Source of the DNA: Protoeuglena noctilucae
Lineage: Eukaryota
NCBI GenBank assembly: GCA_958009085.1
Contig: OY253671.1
Span: 868,001 to 932,000, forward strand
Direction of reading: 5' to 3'
DNA: 64,000 bases
This document shows, in pieces, positions 53,528 to 64,000 of this stretch. How positions within the stretch are numbered: position 1 is the stretch's first letter; every line of letters begins with the position of its first letter. The translations under genes were made by a program, and so were the position numbers. The notes beneath the pieces were generated by a model. It did no database searches. It saw only the letters and a program-made list of their open reading frames with translations, and was not told the DNA's origin.

Positions 53528-54471
53528 ATGCAGCTCCGCTCGGGGTACGTGGTCAGTGCGCAGCCTGGGGCCCCCCCGGAGCCGTGCCGCGCGCTGTTCG
53601 AGGAAGGCGTTTCCCTCATCCTGAAGGTGAGCCCCCGCGCGAGGGTACCGAGCCCCCGTCGGGCCCCGGTGGCTCGTAGCACGCCGCCGTCGGGCGCCGG
53701 TAGGGCCAATAGGTTCCCGCGGAACCCTGGCGTCTTTGCAGACACCATCTGTTCGATCCTCGACCGAACTGCAGTCTTGGACGGCGCTGGCGCTGGCTGT
53801 CGAGCACGAGTGGGGCGGCAGCGGCTCGAGCCAGAAGGCCGACCAGCTGCGGGCTGACATCATCGGTGAGACGCTTTCGCATTTGGGAATCGAGAACCGC
53901 GTGACTCGTGCAGCTCGACCAACGCGCCGCCCCACTGGCCCGTGGCGCAGAGTGGTTTTACAATGGGCGCGAGCACTGGGCCGACGAGCTGGAGGAGGCC
54001 ATTGACGAGGTCATGACCACCGACTTCAACGCGCAGATCGAGGACGGCTCGCAGACGGAGGTGGCCGACAAGCTGGTGCAGGTGCGCGAGGCTTGGGCTA
54101 CCCTAAGGTCTGGTGGACGTGCGCAAGCGTGAGCGTGAGACGACGCCTGGACAGCGATGCCCTGATGCACTGGTCCGCAGCTGCATGCGGAGCTGAAAGC
54201 CGGGAAGCTCGACTTGTACCACCGGATCAAGGCGACGGCGGAGCAGGCGATGCAGGCGGCCAGGCGCAGTCAGCGGCAGGTGGTGGACAACGACGGTGCG
54301 GTGATGGAGGGGGAGTCGTCCGACAGCGACAGCGACAGTGAGATGGCGGGCAGCGGGGACGAGGGTATGATGGACGCGGAAGGGGACGGAGCCGCGGCTG
54401 CGACAGGGCCCGTGGTGGACGACGAGGGCTTTGAACTAGTGCAGCGTCGGGGGCGAAGGGGCCGCAGGTAG
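53528..54471 (+). CDS. TSR2: Pre-rRNA-processing protein TSR2
   Basis: FEEGVSLILK|SWTALALAVEHEWGG; DELEEAIDEVMTTDFNAQIEDGSQTEVA; acidic tail ending DDEGFELVQRRGRRGRR*. Confidence 0.93.
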
Positions 54472-54487
54472 AGCACCGGCGAATTTT

Positions 54488-55486
54488 TCAATGGGGCGTC
54501 ACCGTTATGGTCTGCTGCAGTGACACGCGCTGCCCGGGCGGCAGCGTGATGGGCCCGGACCCCGCGACGGCCGGCTCGACACAAAGCATTTGCAGGTACT
54601 CGTCGTCGCCAAAGTCGGCCATCGACTTGGCTTTGTCCGCCCACGGGCACCACAGCACCATGTCTGGGAACCCCTCGGCACGCACGCGCACCGTCCGCCC
54701 CCCGCCGCGCACCGAGACCTCCCGTGACCCGCCGCCCAAGTAGATGCGGTCGACCTCGCCGGCGATCGAGACCTCCTCCCTGCGCGCGCACCGGCGGCCA
54801 TGCGTTGTTACACAATGCAGGGCGACGGCACACCAAGCAGGTGGGGCGTATGGCGTGTCGTCACCCGTCGGGGTGGGGGGCGCACACGGCCCTCGCTGCG
54901 GTGTTGTCCATGAATGGGAGGCCGCTCAGGCCCGCGACGGACACGGCGGCGGTGTCGACCCTCAGATACGTGTGCAGGCAGGTCGTGAAGGCGAATGGCT
55001 CGGACCCCACGTTCGCGACCTCCATCGTCTGCATTAGCGTGTCCCCACGCTGCAACGTGGTAGTCAGCGAGAGCACGAAGTCGTGCGGCCACACCTCCCG
55101 CAGCCGCGCTCGCTGCTCATCGTCCGCGGGCAGCTCCATCGTCACGCTGTCATCCGTCTGCCCCGCGACTCGCCACATGGACGTTCGCGCGAACCCATGG
55201 GAGGCGGCGACGGGGCCCATGTCGCTGAATTGGGGGAAACACACCGGAATCCCGCCTCGAATCGCCTGCGGGCAGCTTGGTTCGCAAAGACGCTCGAGAG
55301 GAGGGCGCACTGACCCAGCGCCGAGGGTCGCGCCTTCGCACCCACCTTCCCGGGCGCGAAGACGGCCTTGCTGGACAAGAACAGCGCGTCATCGCCCCCA
55401 AACGTCTTCCAGGACGTGACCTGGCCCCCGTAAAGGCTCACGCGCGCCTCAGCGCCCTCCGCGCTGCGCAGGACGACGGTGGTCAT
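54488..55486 (-). CDS. Glucose-6-phosphate 1-epimerase (D-hexose-6-phosphate mutarotase, aldose 1-epimerase family)
   Basis: YGGQVTSW, LFLSSKAVF, AIRGGIPVCFPQF, HGFAR, CLHTYL, EVDRIY, MADFGDDEY..MLCVEPA. Confidence 0.93.
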
Positions 55487-55791
55487 GGGGTCCCGATGCC
55501 GCGCAATCCAGCACAAGGTTTGTCCATCCGCAGCTGATCCTTATGATCTGTACTCGCCGTGTGAAGGCAGCTCACTGGCAATGCGCGATCGCGACGAAGA
55601 CGTGGGACGTCAGAAAGCCACCATAAACTGGCAGACGAATCCACGCAGGCCCGCCTGGCCATCATTCGCTCCATCCCAACGTGATCCCGTCATCCTCTCC
55701 CGCCTCCCCCGCGCCCCCCTCAATCTTTGCTTGAGAGGTCAGGGGCAAGTGGCCTGGTCGCGGTTCCTGGGAGAGCCGCGGGTGCGGCACC

Positions 55792-57520
55792 ATGTGGCGG
55801 TCCCGGGGGCTGTTCGCATGGGCCGTGGCACGCGCGGGCGGCCTGCGCACGGGGGCGCAGGCGGGGCCCGACGGTGCGTTTACTGCCCCATTCCCGCGGC
55901 GGAGGCCGCTGAGCCCGGACGAGGCGAGGAGGATGTCATCAGGAGCAGCATCTACCTCGGAGGCGGTGGCGGCGGCTGCGCCCGCACCGACGGCTCCACG
56001 GCCAGCGTCCCCAGCCGCGGTGGGCCGCAAGAGCTACTTTGGGATCTTCAGCAAGCTGTCCAAGGCGAAGCTCAGTCTTCTTGTGGTCGCGACGAGCGCG
56101 GGAGGTGCGTTTGACAGGGCATCGGATCCAAATGGCAGCGCATGGCGAGCCCAAAGCCGGACAGCGCCCGCCCCGCTTTGCGATCACGCAGGCTTCGTCG
56201 CGGGGAGCGGGGAGGAGATTGACTGGCGGAAGCTCGGCTGGACCTCGCTAGGCACGTTCATGTGCTCGGCGAGCGCCAACACGCTCAACCAGATCATCGA
56301 AGTCAAGGTGCGTGCCTGCCCTGCTGCGAGCGAGTTTCGCCGCCCAGCGAAGCAGAGCGAAGTGCATCGGGTGATCTCATCGCAGAACGACGCCCTGATG
56401 AGCCGCACGCGTGCCAGGCCGCTGCCCGCGGGCCTCATCACCCGCCGTGGCGCGGCGGCGTTTGCGCTCCTCATGGGCCTCTCTGGCGCCGCCATTCTGA
56501 GCGAGAAGACCAACGCCTTGACAGCCAGTCTCGGCGTCGGGAACATCCTCCTCTACGCCGGCGTCTACACGCCGCTCAAGGTCCTGCACCCAGGTACCCT
56601 GCTGCCCGGATCGCATCCGGTGTGCGCTCCCTGCAGCAGGCCGACGACTGACGCACCCCACGCCTCGCTCTCGGTCGCAGTGAACACGTGGGTGGGCGCA
56701 GTGGTCGGCGCCATCCCGCCCCTGATGGGCTGGGCGGCCGCGGCGGGACAGCTGCAGCCGGGCGCGGGATTCCTGGCCGCCGTCCTGTACTTCTGGCAGA
56801 TGCCCCACTTCATGGCGCTCTCGTGGATGTCCCGGGCGGACTACGCGGCGGGCGGCTACCGGATGCTTTCGCTGCGGGACGCCACGGGCCGGCGCACGGC
56901 CGCCTGCGCGCTGCGGCACTCCGTCTACCTGCTGCCCCTGGGGATGGCGGCCTGCGTCCTCGACATCGCGTACGAGCCCTTCGCGTGGATCTACGCCGCG
57001 CTCGGCGTGGGCATGCTGGGGCCCGCCGTCAACTTCCACGCCGCCCCGTCCACGGCCACCGCTCGCCTCCTCTTCCGCGCCTCGCTCTGGCACCTGCCCG
57101 TCACCATGCTCGCCATGGGCCTCTGCCGCGTGCCCAACACGGGCGAGGCGTATGCGGGGTGGGACGACTTTGTCGCCAAGTGCTTGCGGCACTTCGAGAC
57201 CCCGGGGGACCAGCCCATCTTCGCACAGGCAAGCGCAGCCCGAGTTGCGCGATGGCGGCGCGGGGCTTGCGCTTATGGGTTCGTTGCTGAGTGCTTAGTG
57301 CTGTTGGCGATTGGCAGGAGCTCGTCCTCTGTTGAGCTGCGGATCGCCATGTGAGCCCTCCCTGTGTCCGCAGAGCTTCCCGTTCATGACCGTGCCGCTC
57401 ATCCCGAACCCGCGCGTCGCCCCGCCACGCGCCCGCGAGTCCCCAGCGGTCCCAGGGCCGGCGCCGCTGGCCGTGGTGGGCGCCGTCGCCAGCGCGGATG
57501 TGTCTGCGACCCGGGTCTGA
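55792..57520 (+). CDS. COX10: Protoheme IX farnesyltransferase (heme O synthase), mitochondrial
   Basis: LSKAKLSLLVV, SANTLNQIIEVK|NDALMSRTRARPLPAG, YTPLK, NTWVGAVVGAIPPLMGW, FWQMPHFMAL, DYAAGGYRM. Confidence 0.96.
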
Positions 57521-57907
57521 GCTTCGCGACAGTTCCGATAGTTCCGTTCAACTGGGTCTCATGGAAAACTCCGTGAGGGCTTTGGAGATGCAGCCAGCGC
57601 CGAGGGAAGACCCGGTGGGCGTGGCAGGAACCGCAATGAGGCAGGCTCTGTCCAAAGACATGGCGCCTTCCTTGCTCGGTGACAGGCGGAATGCATAGTG
57701 TAGAAATGAATCACATGGTGCCGGGCGCCGCCTGCCAGCCGCTGCCCGTCGTCCCAACGAACGGCGCAGCACGGCGCCCCCGGAGCACTGAGTTGGGGCA
57801 CTGAAAGGACACTCAAAGGCGCTGTCTCCCTCGCTGCGTCATGCCAGAACTGCGACTGTATCGGAAATGGCCGCAAGCGCCCCTTCACCAGCACCCCGTC
57901 CGCCCCT

Positions 57908-60900
57908 TCATGCGCCCCCGGATCGACAGGACCGCCGCCCCAATGACGACGAGTCCTGCCCACGATCGCCGACCCCGCCACCGCCGCGTTCCATCTCCGG
58001 CACGGCCACCTGCGCCGCCGGACAGGACTCCACGGCCCTTGGTAGCTCCACCGCCCCCACCTCCGCAGCCGACCCTCGGCTCCCCACCGTGGCCGTCCCG
58101 CCGGCCCCGAGCGCCTCTCGCCGGCTCCCCCACACCTCCCGCGTCCCCCGCACTGGTCCCACCCCCCCACCCTCACACAGCGACCCCCCGCAGCTCAGGA
58201 GCATGTCCCGCGTGCTGCTGGTGGGCGACCGACGCTGCAAGTCCACCAGGGTCTCCGTGCCCCCCTCTAACGACCGCCCCGACGGGTCGCTGACGCAGCG
58301 CCCTCGCGTCGGTCGCCGCTTCCAACCCAGGGACTTGGGCGTCGCGCCGTCGCCGCCCGATGCGCTGTCGAGGCAGCTGCCATCGTCCTCCGGGATCGCC
58401 AAGAGGCCCCCGATGCCCCCCGTGCCCCGCCCGGCGTACGTGTGCGATGTGGACGCCAAGCCCGCCTGGCGGGGGTCGCCGTAGCCCCTTTCCCCCACCA
58501 CACGCTCGAGCTCCCACGACAGCTCGGCAAAGACCTGGCGGAAGGACGGCCGTCGTGCGGGGTCCTCATCCCAGCACCTCGTGATGATGCTGGCCAGGGC
58601 GGGGGGGCACGAGGCAGGGATTACGTGCCGGTCCTGCAAAGCAGGTCAGCGGATTAGGGGTCGCATGCACATGAGGGCAGATGAGGTGCCAGTCGAGCGT
58701 GCGTTCGAGCACACGGGCACTGCGGCATTAGGGGTAGAGCGGTGATGCATGGCAATGCAAACTTGGCGTCTTCTGCACCCTCTTGAGACAGGGCGGCACT
58801 GTCGCTATGCGAGACATGGCTATCCAAGCAAGGTAGCCACCGCAGTGGTGCTGCTGGCTCGCCTGATGGGACATCTTGAGCAGCACGTGGACCGGCTCCA
58901 GTCCCTCGTAGGGTTTCTTCCCCGAGTAGGCCTCCCACAGCAGCACCGCGAAGCTGTACACGTCGCACTTCTCGCTGACAGACTCGTTGTTGAAGAGCTC
59001 CGGGGCCATGTACTGCGATCGACAACATCGAAGTGCCCGTCACGCACCTGCCATGCGCCTGCAGCTTGCCGGCCTGGTTGCCAGAGATCGTGTCGGGACA
59101 TGGGGTGTCGGCTCAGCAGCCTGGGTGGCGACTCGCCTGGATGGTCCCGACGTGGATGTGCTTGGTGGAGAGATAGGTGCGGTCCTTGAGGCGACTGACC
59201 CCGAAGTCGCAGATCTTGGCCCGCCCCTCCGACGTCAGAAGCACGTTTTGCGGCTTCAGGTCCCGGTGCACCACCTTGGGATGCAGGTACGCCATGGCGT
59301 CGGCCACGTCGATAGCGATGCGCAGGAGCTCCTCGTAGCTGCGCGGCAGGCCGGTATGAAGGCAGTCAGCAAGACACGTGACGGGGCGCACGGCAGGTGT
59401 GGCATGCTGCAGCCCCAACACGAGGTCTTCCTCGCGGCCTGGCGTGATTCCGGCACTCGCCTCAAAGGCTCGGCGCCCTCGCCGTGGATCCTGGAGTGCA
59501 GGCTGCCCCCCTCCGCCAACTCCGTGACGAAAGAGCACGGAGGGTCGAAGCACGCACCCAGGAACTTGATGATGCAGCTGTGCTCCGTCTTGGACAGAAT
59601 CTCCACCTCCCTGCAAATGGATGCGACTCCATGGCCTACGCGCACCATCGCACCATCGCCGCCCCATCGCACCTGCGCCCAGTGCCTGCATGTCATGACT
59701 ACCGACCCTCGCCCCATCAAACTCCCTCACCTGAGGAAGTCCTCGTAATCCCGCTGCTCGTACCCATATACGCCGTACAGGACCTTCAAGGCCACCGGCC
59801 GCCCCGCCCACGTCCCCTTGTACACCGTGCCGAACCCGCCGGACCCCAGTAAGTCGTCGTCATCGAACGCCAGCTCGTTCCTGTCGATCTCCCTGCACAT
59901 GTGGTTGTCCAGAAGCCTCTGCGCGATGGCGGCCGTCTCCGGAGGCACCCGGGACGACTGCAGCACGCGCAGCAGGGTGCTGCGGGCGGTGCCGGTGGTG
60001 TCGGGAGAGGGACCGAGGGCGGCTGGACCGAGGGAGGAGGGGTCCGACCCCGGGGCGGACATCAAGCCGAAGCCGGGGGCAGCCGAGTGCGGCGACCGCG
60101 TCAAGACGGAAGGGGACTGGTAGGTGGCCAGTCCGACCTTATCCATGGTGGATGCGCTGGCGTGGGCGGCGGGCCACTCGGAGACGCGGCGGTCCACGAC
60201 GGCCCAGGCGCGGTCTTCGGCGACCGGCTGAGCGACGCAGAGGGACTCCGAGGTCCGCTGCCCCTGGGGGAGCTCCGTGGTGGGGAGGGAGGCCTTGCGG
60301 GCCCTGCGCCAGCGCATGCCGCGCCAGAAGGCAAACACGGCACCGGAGACGGCGACCAGGGAGCCGAGGAGGACGCCGAGAATCGCCCCGGTGGCCAGCC
60401 GGCTCGGCGCGCTCGGATGGGGCCGGGCCGGCGATGGCTTGGGCCCGGACGCAGGCGGGCTGTCTGCGGCAGTGGCGGCCGGGTCCGAAGCTGGCTTGGC
60501 CTGGGTTGTCGTGGGCAGGGGTGGGCCAGCCGAGTTCTGCAGATCGGATATCCCGGCGAGGACGTCCGTGCTGCCCTTGCCGATGAAGGGGATGAGCACC
60601 GGGGTCATGCTGGGGCCCACGAACGTGATAAGCGCATCCTGGCCCGGGGCGTTTGCGTCCGCCACGGCCGCCTGCAGCAGCGTCACGTCGTCCAGAGCGA
60701 AGCCTGCGAACACTCGACGGCGTAGGGCTGCATGAGATGAGGAGGGAAACCACGGACCTGGCATCGCCCCCACATGCACACGCCGCACGCAGCAGCAGCC
60801 CGGCACTCACCGACTTGCTGGTCCGCCGGATCGTAAAACGTGATGCGGTCGAAGGTCTGGTACTGCTGCGGCAGGTTGTTGAACGGCAGCACCAGGTGCG

Positions 60901-63372
60901 TCCACTCCCCGTCCGCTGCGAGCACGACAAGTGACACGTGAGCATGCAATGGCCCTACCTCCTAGGCAAAGACCTGTGCGTCAGCCAGGCAGCGTCCTAG
61001 CGCCGTTGATGCACGCACCGGAGACGGGCCCGAGCTGGAAGAGCTGCCGGGCGTAGCATGGGATGGATGGGTCCATCAGGGCGCACGCGGCCTGGTCTCC
61101 CTGGTCGCACCGAGCGGCGGAGGGGACGTCGCACTGCTTGCCGCCGGATCCCGTCTTGGAGAGGACGATGCTCAGATTCTGTAACCCGCTCGACGCGCGG
61201 ATCCAAAAGGACAGTCCGGACTGCCCCGCGCCCGGCCCGAACGGCGTGGTGGTGCAGAGGGCCAGGGCCCCCTGGGCGTTCATGTGCGCGGCGATGGAGG
61301 CGTTGCCGCTGTGCGCGTTGGCCACCCAGGGCGGGTTGATGAAGAACACGCTGTTGCCGTCCCGCGTCCAACTGCAGTCCGACCATCCCGGCGCCAGGCT
61401 GTCAAGGAACACCACGTTGGTCTGCACGCCCGCGAGCTCCTCCGTCGATGGCTTCTGCGAAAGGCATCCAAATGGGTCGGTCATTGGCGCCCACGTGTGA
61501 AACACCGCTGAACGGCAGCGCATGAAACACAGCCGCATGTGCCAACGCTGAGCCATAGGTGGGTAGCTCAGCATCCTCGGCGCTGCCTAGTTCCAGAACA
61601 AATGCGCTGCGGCGTCGAGCATCGAAGCGGCGCTCGCCTTGACGACCTGCACGTCGTCCACCAGGAAGATGGGCCGCTTGTCGCTCGCGTTGAGGAGCGT
61701 GAGGCGACTGAAGCCCGACACCGGCTGCGGCATGCTCTCGAAGGGGATGAAGACCTAGACCCAGTAGGACCTCGACAGGGTCACGAAGCTGGAAAGGGGC
61801 TTGGAGAACGTCGTGCCCTTCTTGAGCTGGGCGTCCGAGATGGCGAGGGACTGGTCGTTGCCGCTGGCGCGCGCGGCCTGCGCGGCGCTCCTGGACGGGG
61901 CGTCGTTGGTGAGGACCACGTCCACGACGGACGTGTCGCTGTTACCCACGATGAAGAGGCTGAGGCCAAAGTCGCCGATGTTGGACCCGAACGGCGCCGA
62001 GGTGCAGAGGGACAGGCCCCCGCTGGGCTTCTCGTTCGCGGCGATCGCCGCCTCGCCGCTGTGCGTGTTGATGACCCACGAGGGGTCGTCCACGAAGTAC
62101 AGGCCGCCCCAGCTGCAGTCCCACCAGTTGGGGTTGAGCGTGTCGGCGAAGACCACCTGGGACGTCTCCAGCGTCTGGATCTGCGCCTCGCCGGTCTGTG
62201 GTGGAGCGGAGGCGGGCGGAGCTCGGCCCGACCCACCAGGGGTGCAGGGGTGCGGGGGCATTGCAACGTGGGCGTCGACCGTTCCTTGCCTGGGACAGGT
62301 CGAGGCCCACGCCGGGCGAGATGCTGACTCCGCAGCAGAAGGACTGCTGGCACCCGAAGGGCGAGGAGAGGCAGGCGGGGTCCCCGAACGTGCTGTTCCT
62401 CTGGGAGCACGTCAGCCCGTTCACCGTGACCTGGTCCGCGCTGATGCGACCGAGGGCCTGGGACGAGGACGCGCCGGCGCTCCCGAGGTTGTTGAAGGTA
62501 AACGTGAAGGACCGCATCCCTCCCCCGCTGTCGATCACGCCGTTACTGTCCTGCAGGCAGTACATACAGGCCGCGGCCAGTGGTGCCGCGAGTCACGGGC
62601 CGGGGCGCGCGCGGGATCTCAAGGAGCAGCTGCACGATTGGCGTTCATCCGCATGCCAACAGGGCCCGGCGCAGCAGCGCGGGAGGCGAGCAGCAGGGCA
62701 GCGTGGGGCAGCGCGCACGAGGCAGTCCCCAGCGGCGCCCGGGAGCGTCCGCCGTCCAAAGGTGCGCCTCACCGTGTTCACTGCTCGAACCTGGGACGTC
62801 CCCGGGACCGCGAGGGGCAGGGCGCCCTTGAAGTTGGCAATCTCAAGGTCCCCCGCGTCGCGGAACGACCAGACGAGCTGCCAGCCGTCGATGGGCTGCG
62901 ACCTGTTGTTTTGGATGGTGAAGAGCGCGAAGAGGCCGCCCAGCAGGTCGCTGTCCGGTAACGGGGACGGCGAGGGGGCGGGCGTGGCCCCGGGCTTGGG
63001 CAGCAGCGCCGTGCTCCCCACCAGGTACGTCACCGAGACCTGCCGCCCGAGGCGCGAGTGCGGGGTCAGGTACTCCATTTGGGATCGCCGGCATGCGCTC
63101 CGGTGCGCGGGCCTTGGCGCGGCGCCAGGGGGACCACCACTCGCCTCGAAGTTCCCGCAGGTGGCGTCCGCCTTCCCCTGGGTCTGCTGCTGGAGGGACC
63201 GTTTATGCCATACATCTCCTCCATCCCCGCGAACGTTGGCGGGCGGGTCGCCCGTGCCCGCGCCCAGGTCCCGCGCGAGGAGCCCGGCACCTTCCCCCGT
63301 CCGCAGGCTCATGAGCACCAGGACCCACAGGACAGCGAAATCCGTGAAGCGCGTCAGCTGTAAACGCCCCAT
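57908..63372 (-). CDS. Single-pass receptor kinase (TKL/Raf-like) with CBM2-like and two tandem carbohydrate-binding-like ectodomains; contains an in-frame TAG at 61755-61757
   Basis: Signal peptide; FTIQNNRSQPIDGWQLVWSF..VTVNGLTC; repeats VFADTLNPNWWDCSW and VFLDSLAPGWSDCSW; TM GAILGVLLGSLVAVSGAVFAFW followed by RGMRWRRARK; kinase GSGGFG, VALK, HRDLKPQN, DFG, YMAPE. Confidence 0.88.
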
Positions 63373-63843
63373 GGCTTCCCCCAGCAAGCGCCCGTCCCCA
63401 TCGGTGCCCAGGCCACGCTCGGGGATGGCGCGACGCAGCCCTGGTGCGCACAGCTCCCGCTTGCGTCCCCGGAAATGACCGCACGATCAACCACTGCGCG
63501 CCGGAGGGATCCGCGCAAGCTTGATTTCGGCGTCAGCTGCTGTCAGACTTCCAGCTCGCCCTCGAAAGCAGGCAGAGGGCGCCTGACGCTCCCATAGATT
63601 CGCTGTCGTCGGTCACAGCCCGCGAGAAATCCCCGCCGCTGCGAATCTCGCTTCGCTGCCCGCTCGACACCGCGCGTGTGCATCGCTCGAGCGGCAAGCC
63701 CGCGTACCTGCCGCCGGCTGTTGTGAGCTCCCTGCAGTGCTTTTGATCAGCACAGCCCGAGCTGCACCGCAATTGCCTCGGAGGAGCGGGGCCCGGGGGG
63801 AGCACGGGCCGCAGTGTCCGGCTCGCGGCCGCCGGAGCAGACG

Positions 63844-64000
63844 ATGGAGAAGGAGAAGACCCAGTTAGTCTACAGAAGCTTAGATGTGGACCATGGGCAC
63901 CACGCGACGCACCAGCCGGGGTTCTGGGAGGTGGTCCGGGACTTCTTCCCGGCGGGAGACGACCTGAAGGATCGCAAGTGGTGGAAGACCAAGCTGATCA
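63844..64000 (+). CDS. 5' fragment of an unknown gene, truncated by the window edge
   Basis: ATG at 63844 opens MEKEKTQLVYRSLDVDHGHHATHQPGFWEVVRDFFPAGDDLKDRKWWKTKLI with GC3-rich codons and no stop to the window end. Confidence 0.55.
   Translation, partial: MEKEKTQLVYRSLDVDHGHHATHQPGFWEVVRDFFPAGDDLKDRKWWKTKLI

Noticed and set aside
61755..61757. Genome-wide TAG/TAA-to-Gln reassignment (as in some ulvophycean algae) as the explanation for the internal TAG
   Set aside because: TAG ends genes at family-typical C-termini here (NECAP WATF*, DnaJ REMGL*, TSR2, UMP kinase), and no other internal TAR codon was noticed in conserved exons

Overview
Gene-dense, very GC-rich eukaryotic DNA with short introns (mostly ~60-230 nt). 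Most likely a green alga, inferred from plastid proteins (POR, TL17-like, DUF1995, BASS4-like, DnaJ) with simple primary-plastid-type transit peptides. About 26 spliced genes could be reconstructed by eye, mostly in alternating divergent/convergent pairs: ERD2, NECAP, CreA-like, TL17-like, degenerate ALG8-like, ACBP-ankyrin, UMP-CMP kinase, ATG18-like, EF-hand protein, ABC1 kinase, DUF1995-SAP, CBP3/UQCC1, BASS, POR, DnaJ, PGAP3, a pseudokinase, a half-CCT protein, two tandem GPR1/FUN34/YaaH transporters, MON1, TSR2, glucose-6-phosphate 1-epimerase, COX10, a receptor kinase and the start of an unknown gene. Highlights: (1) a single-pass TKL receptor kinase with a CBM2-like plus tandem carbohydrate-binding-like ectodomain, with an in-frame TAG inside an otherwise conserved ectodomain repeat; (2) at least 16 GC-AG introns, 6 of 10 in the receptor kinase alone; (3) an ALG8-like protein that has lost its catalytic motifs; (4) a plastid DUF1995-SAP fusion missed by the ORF track; (5) convergent genes with stop codons only 16-80 bp apart. 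No rRNA, tRNA, CRISPR array or transposon was recognised. Family assignments come from remembered motifs, not database searches, and several gene ends are approximate.
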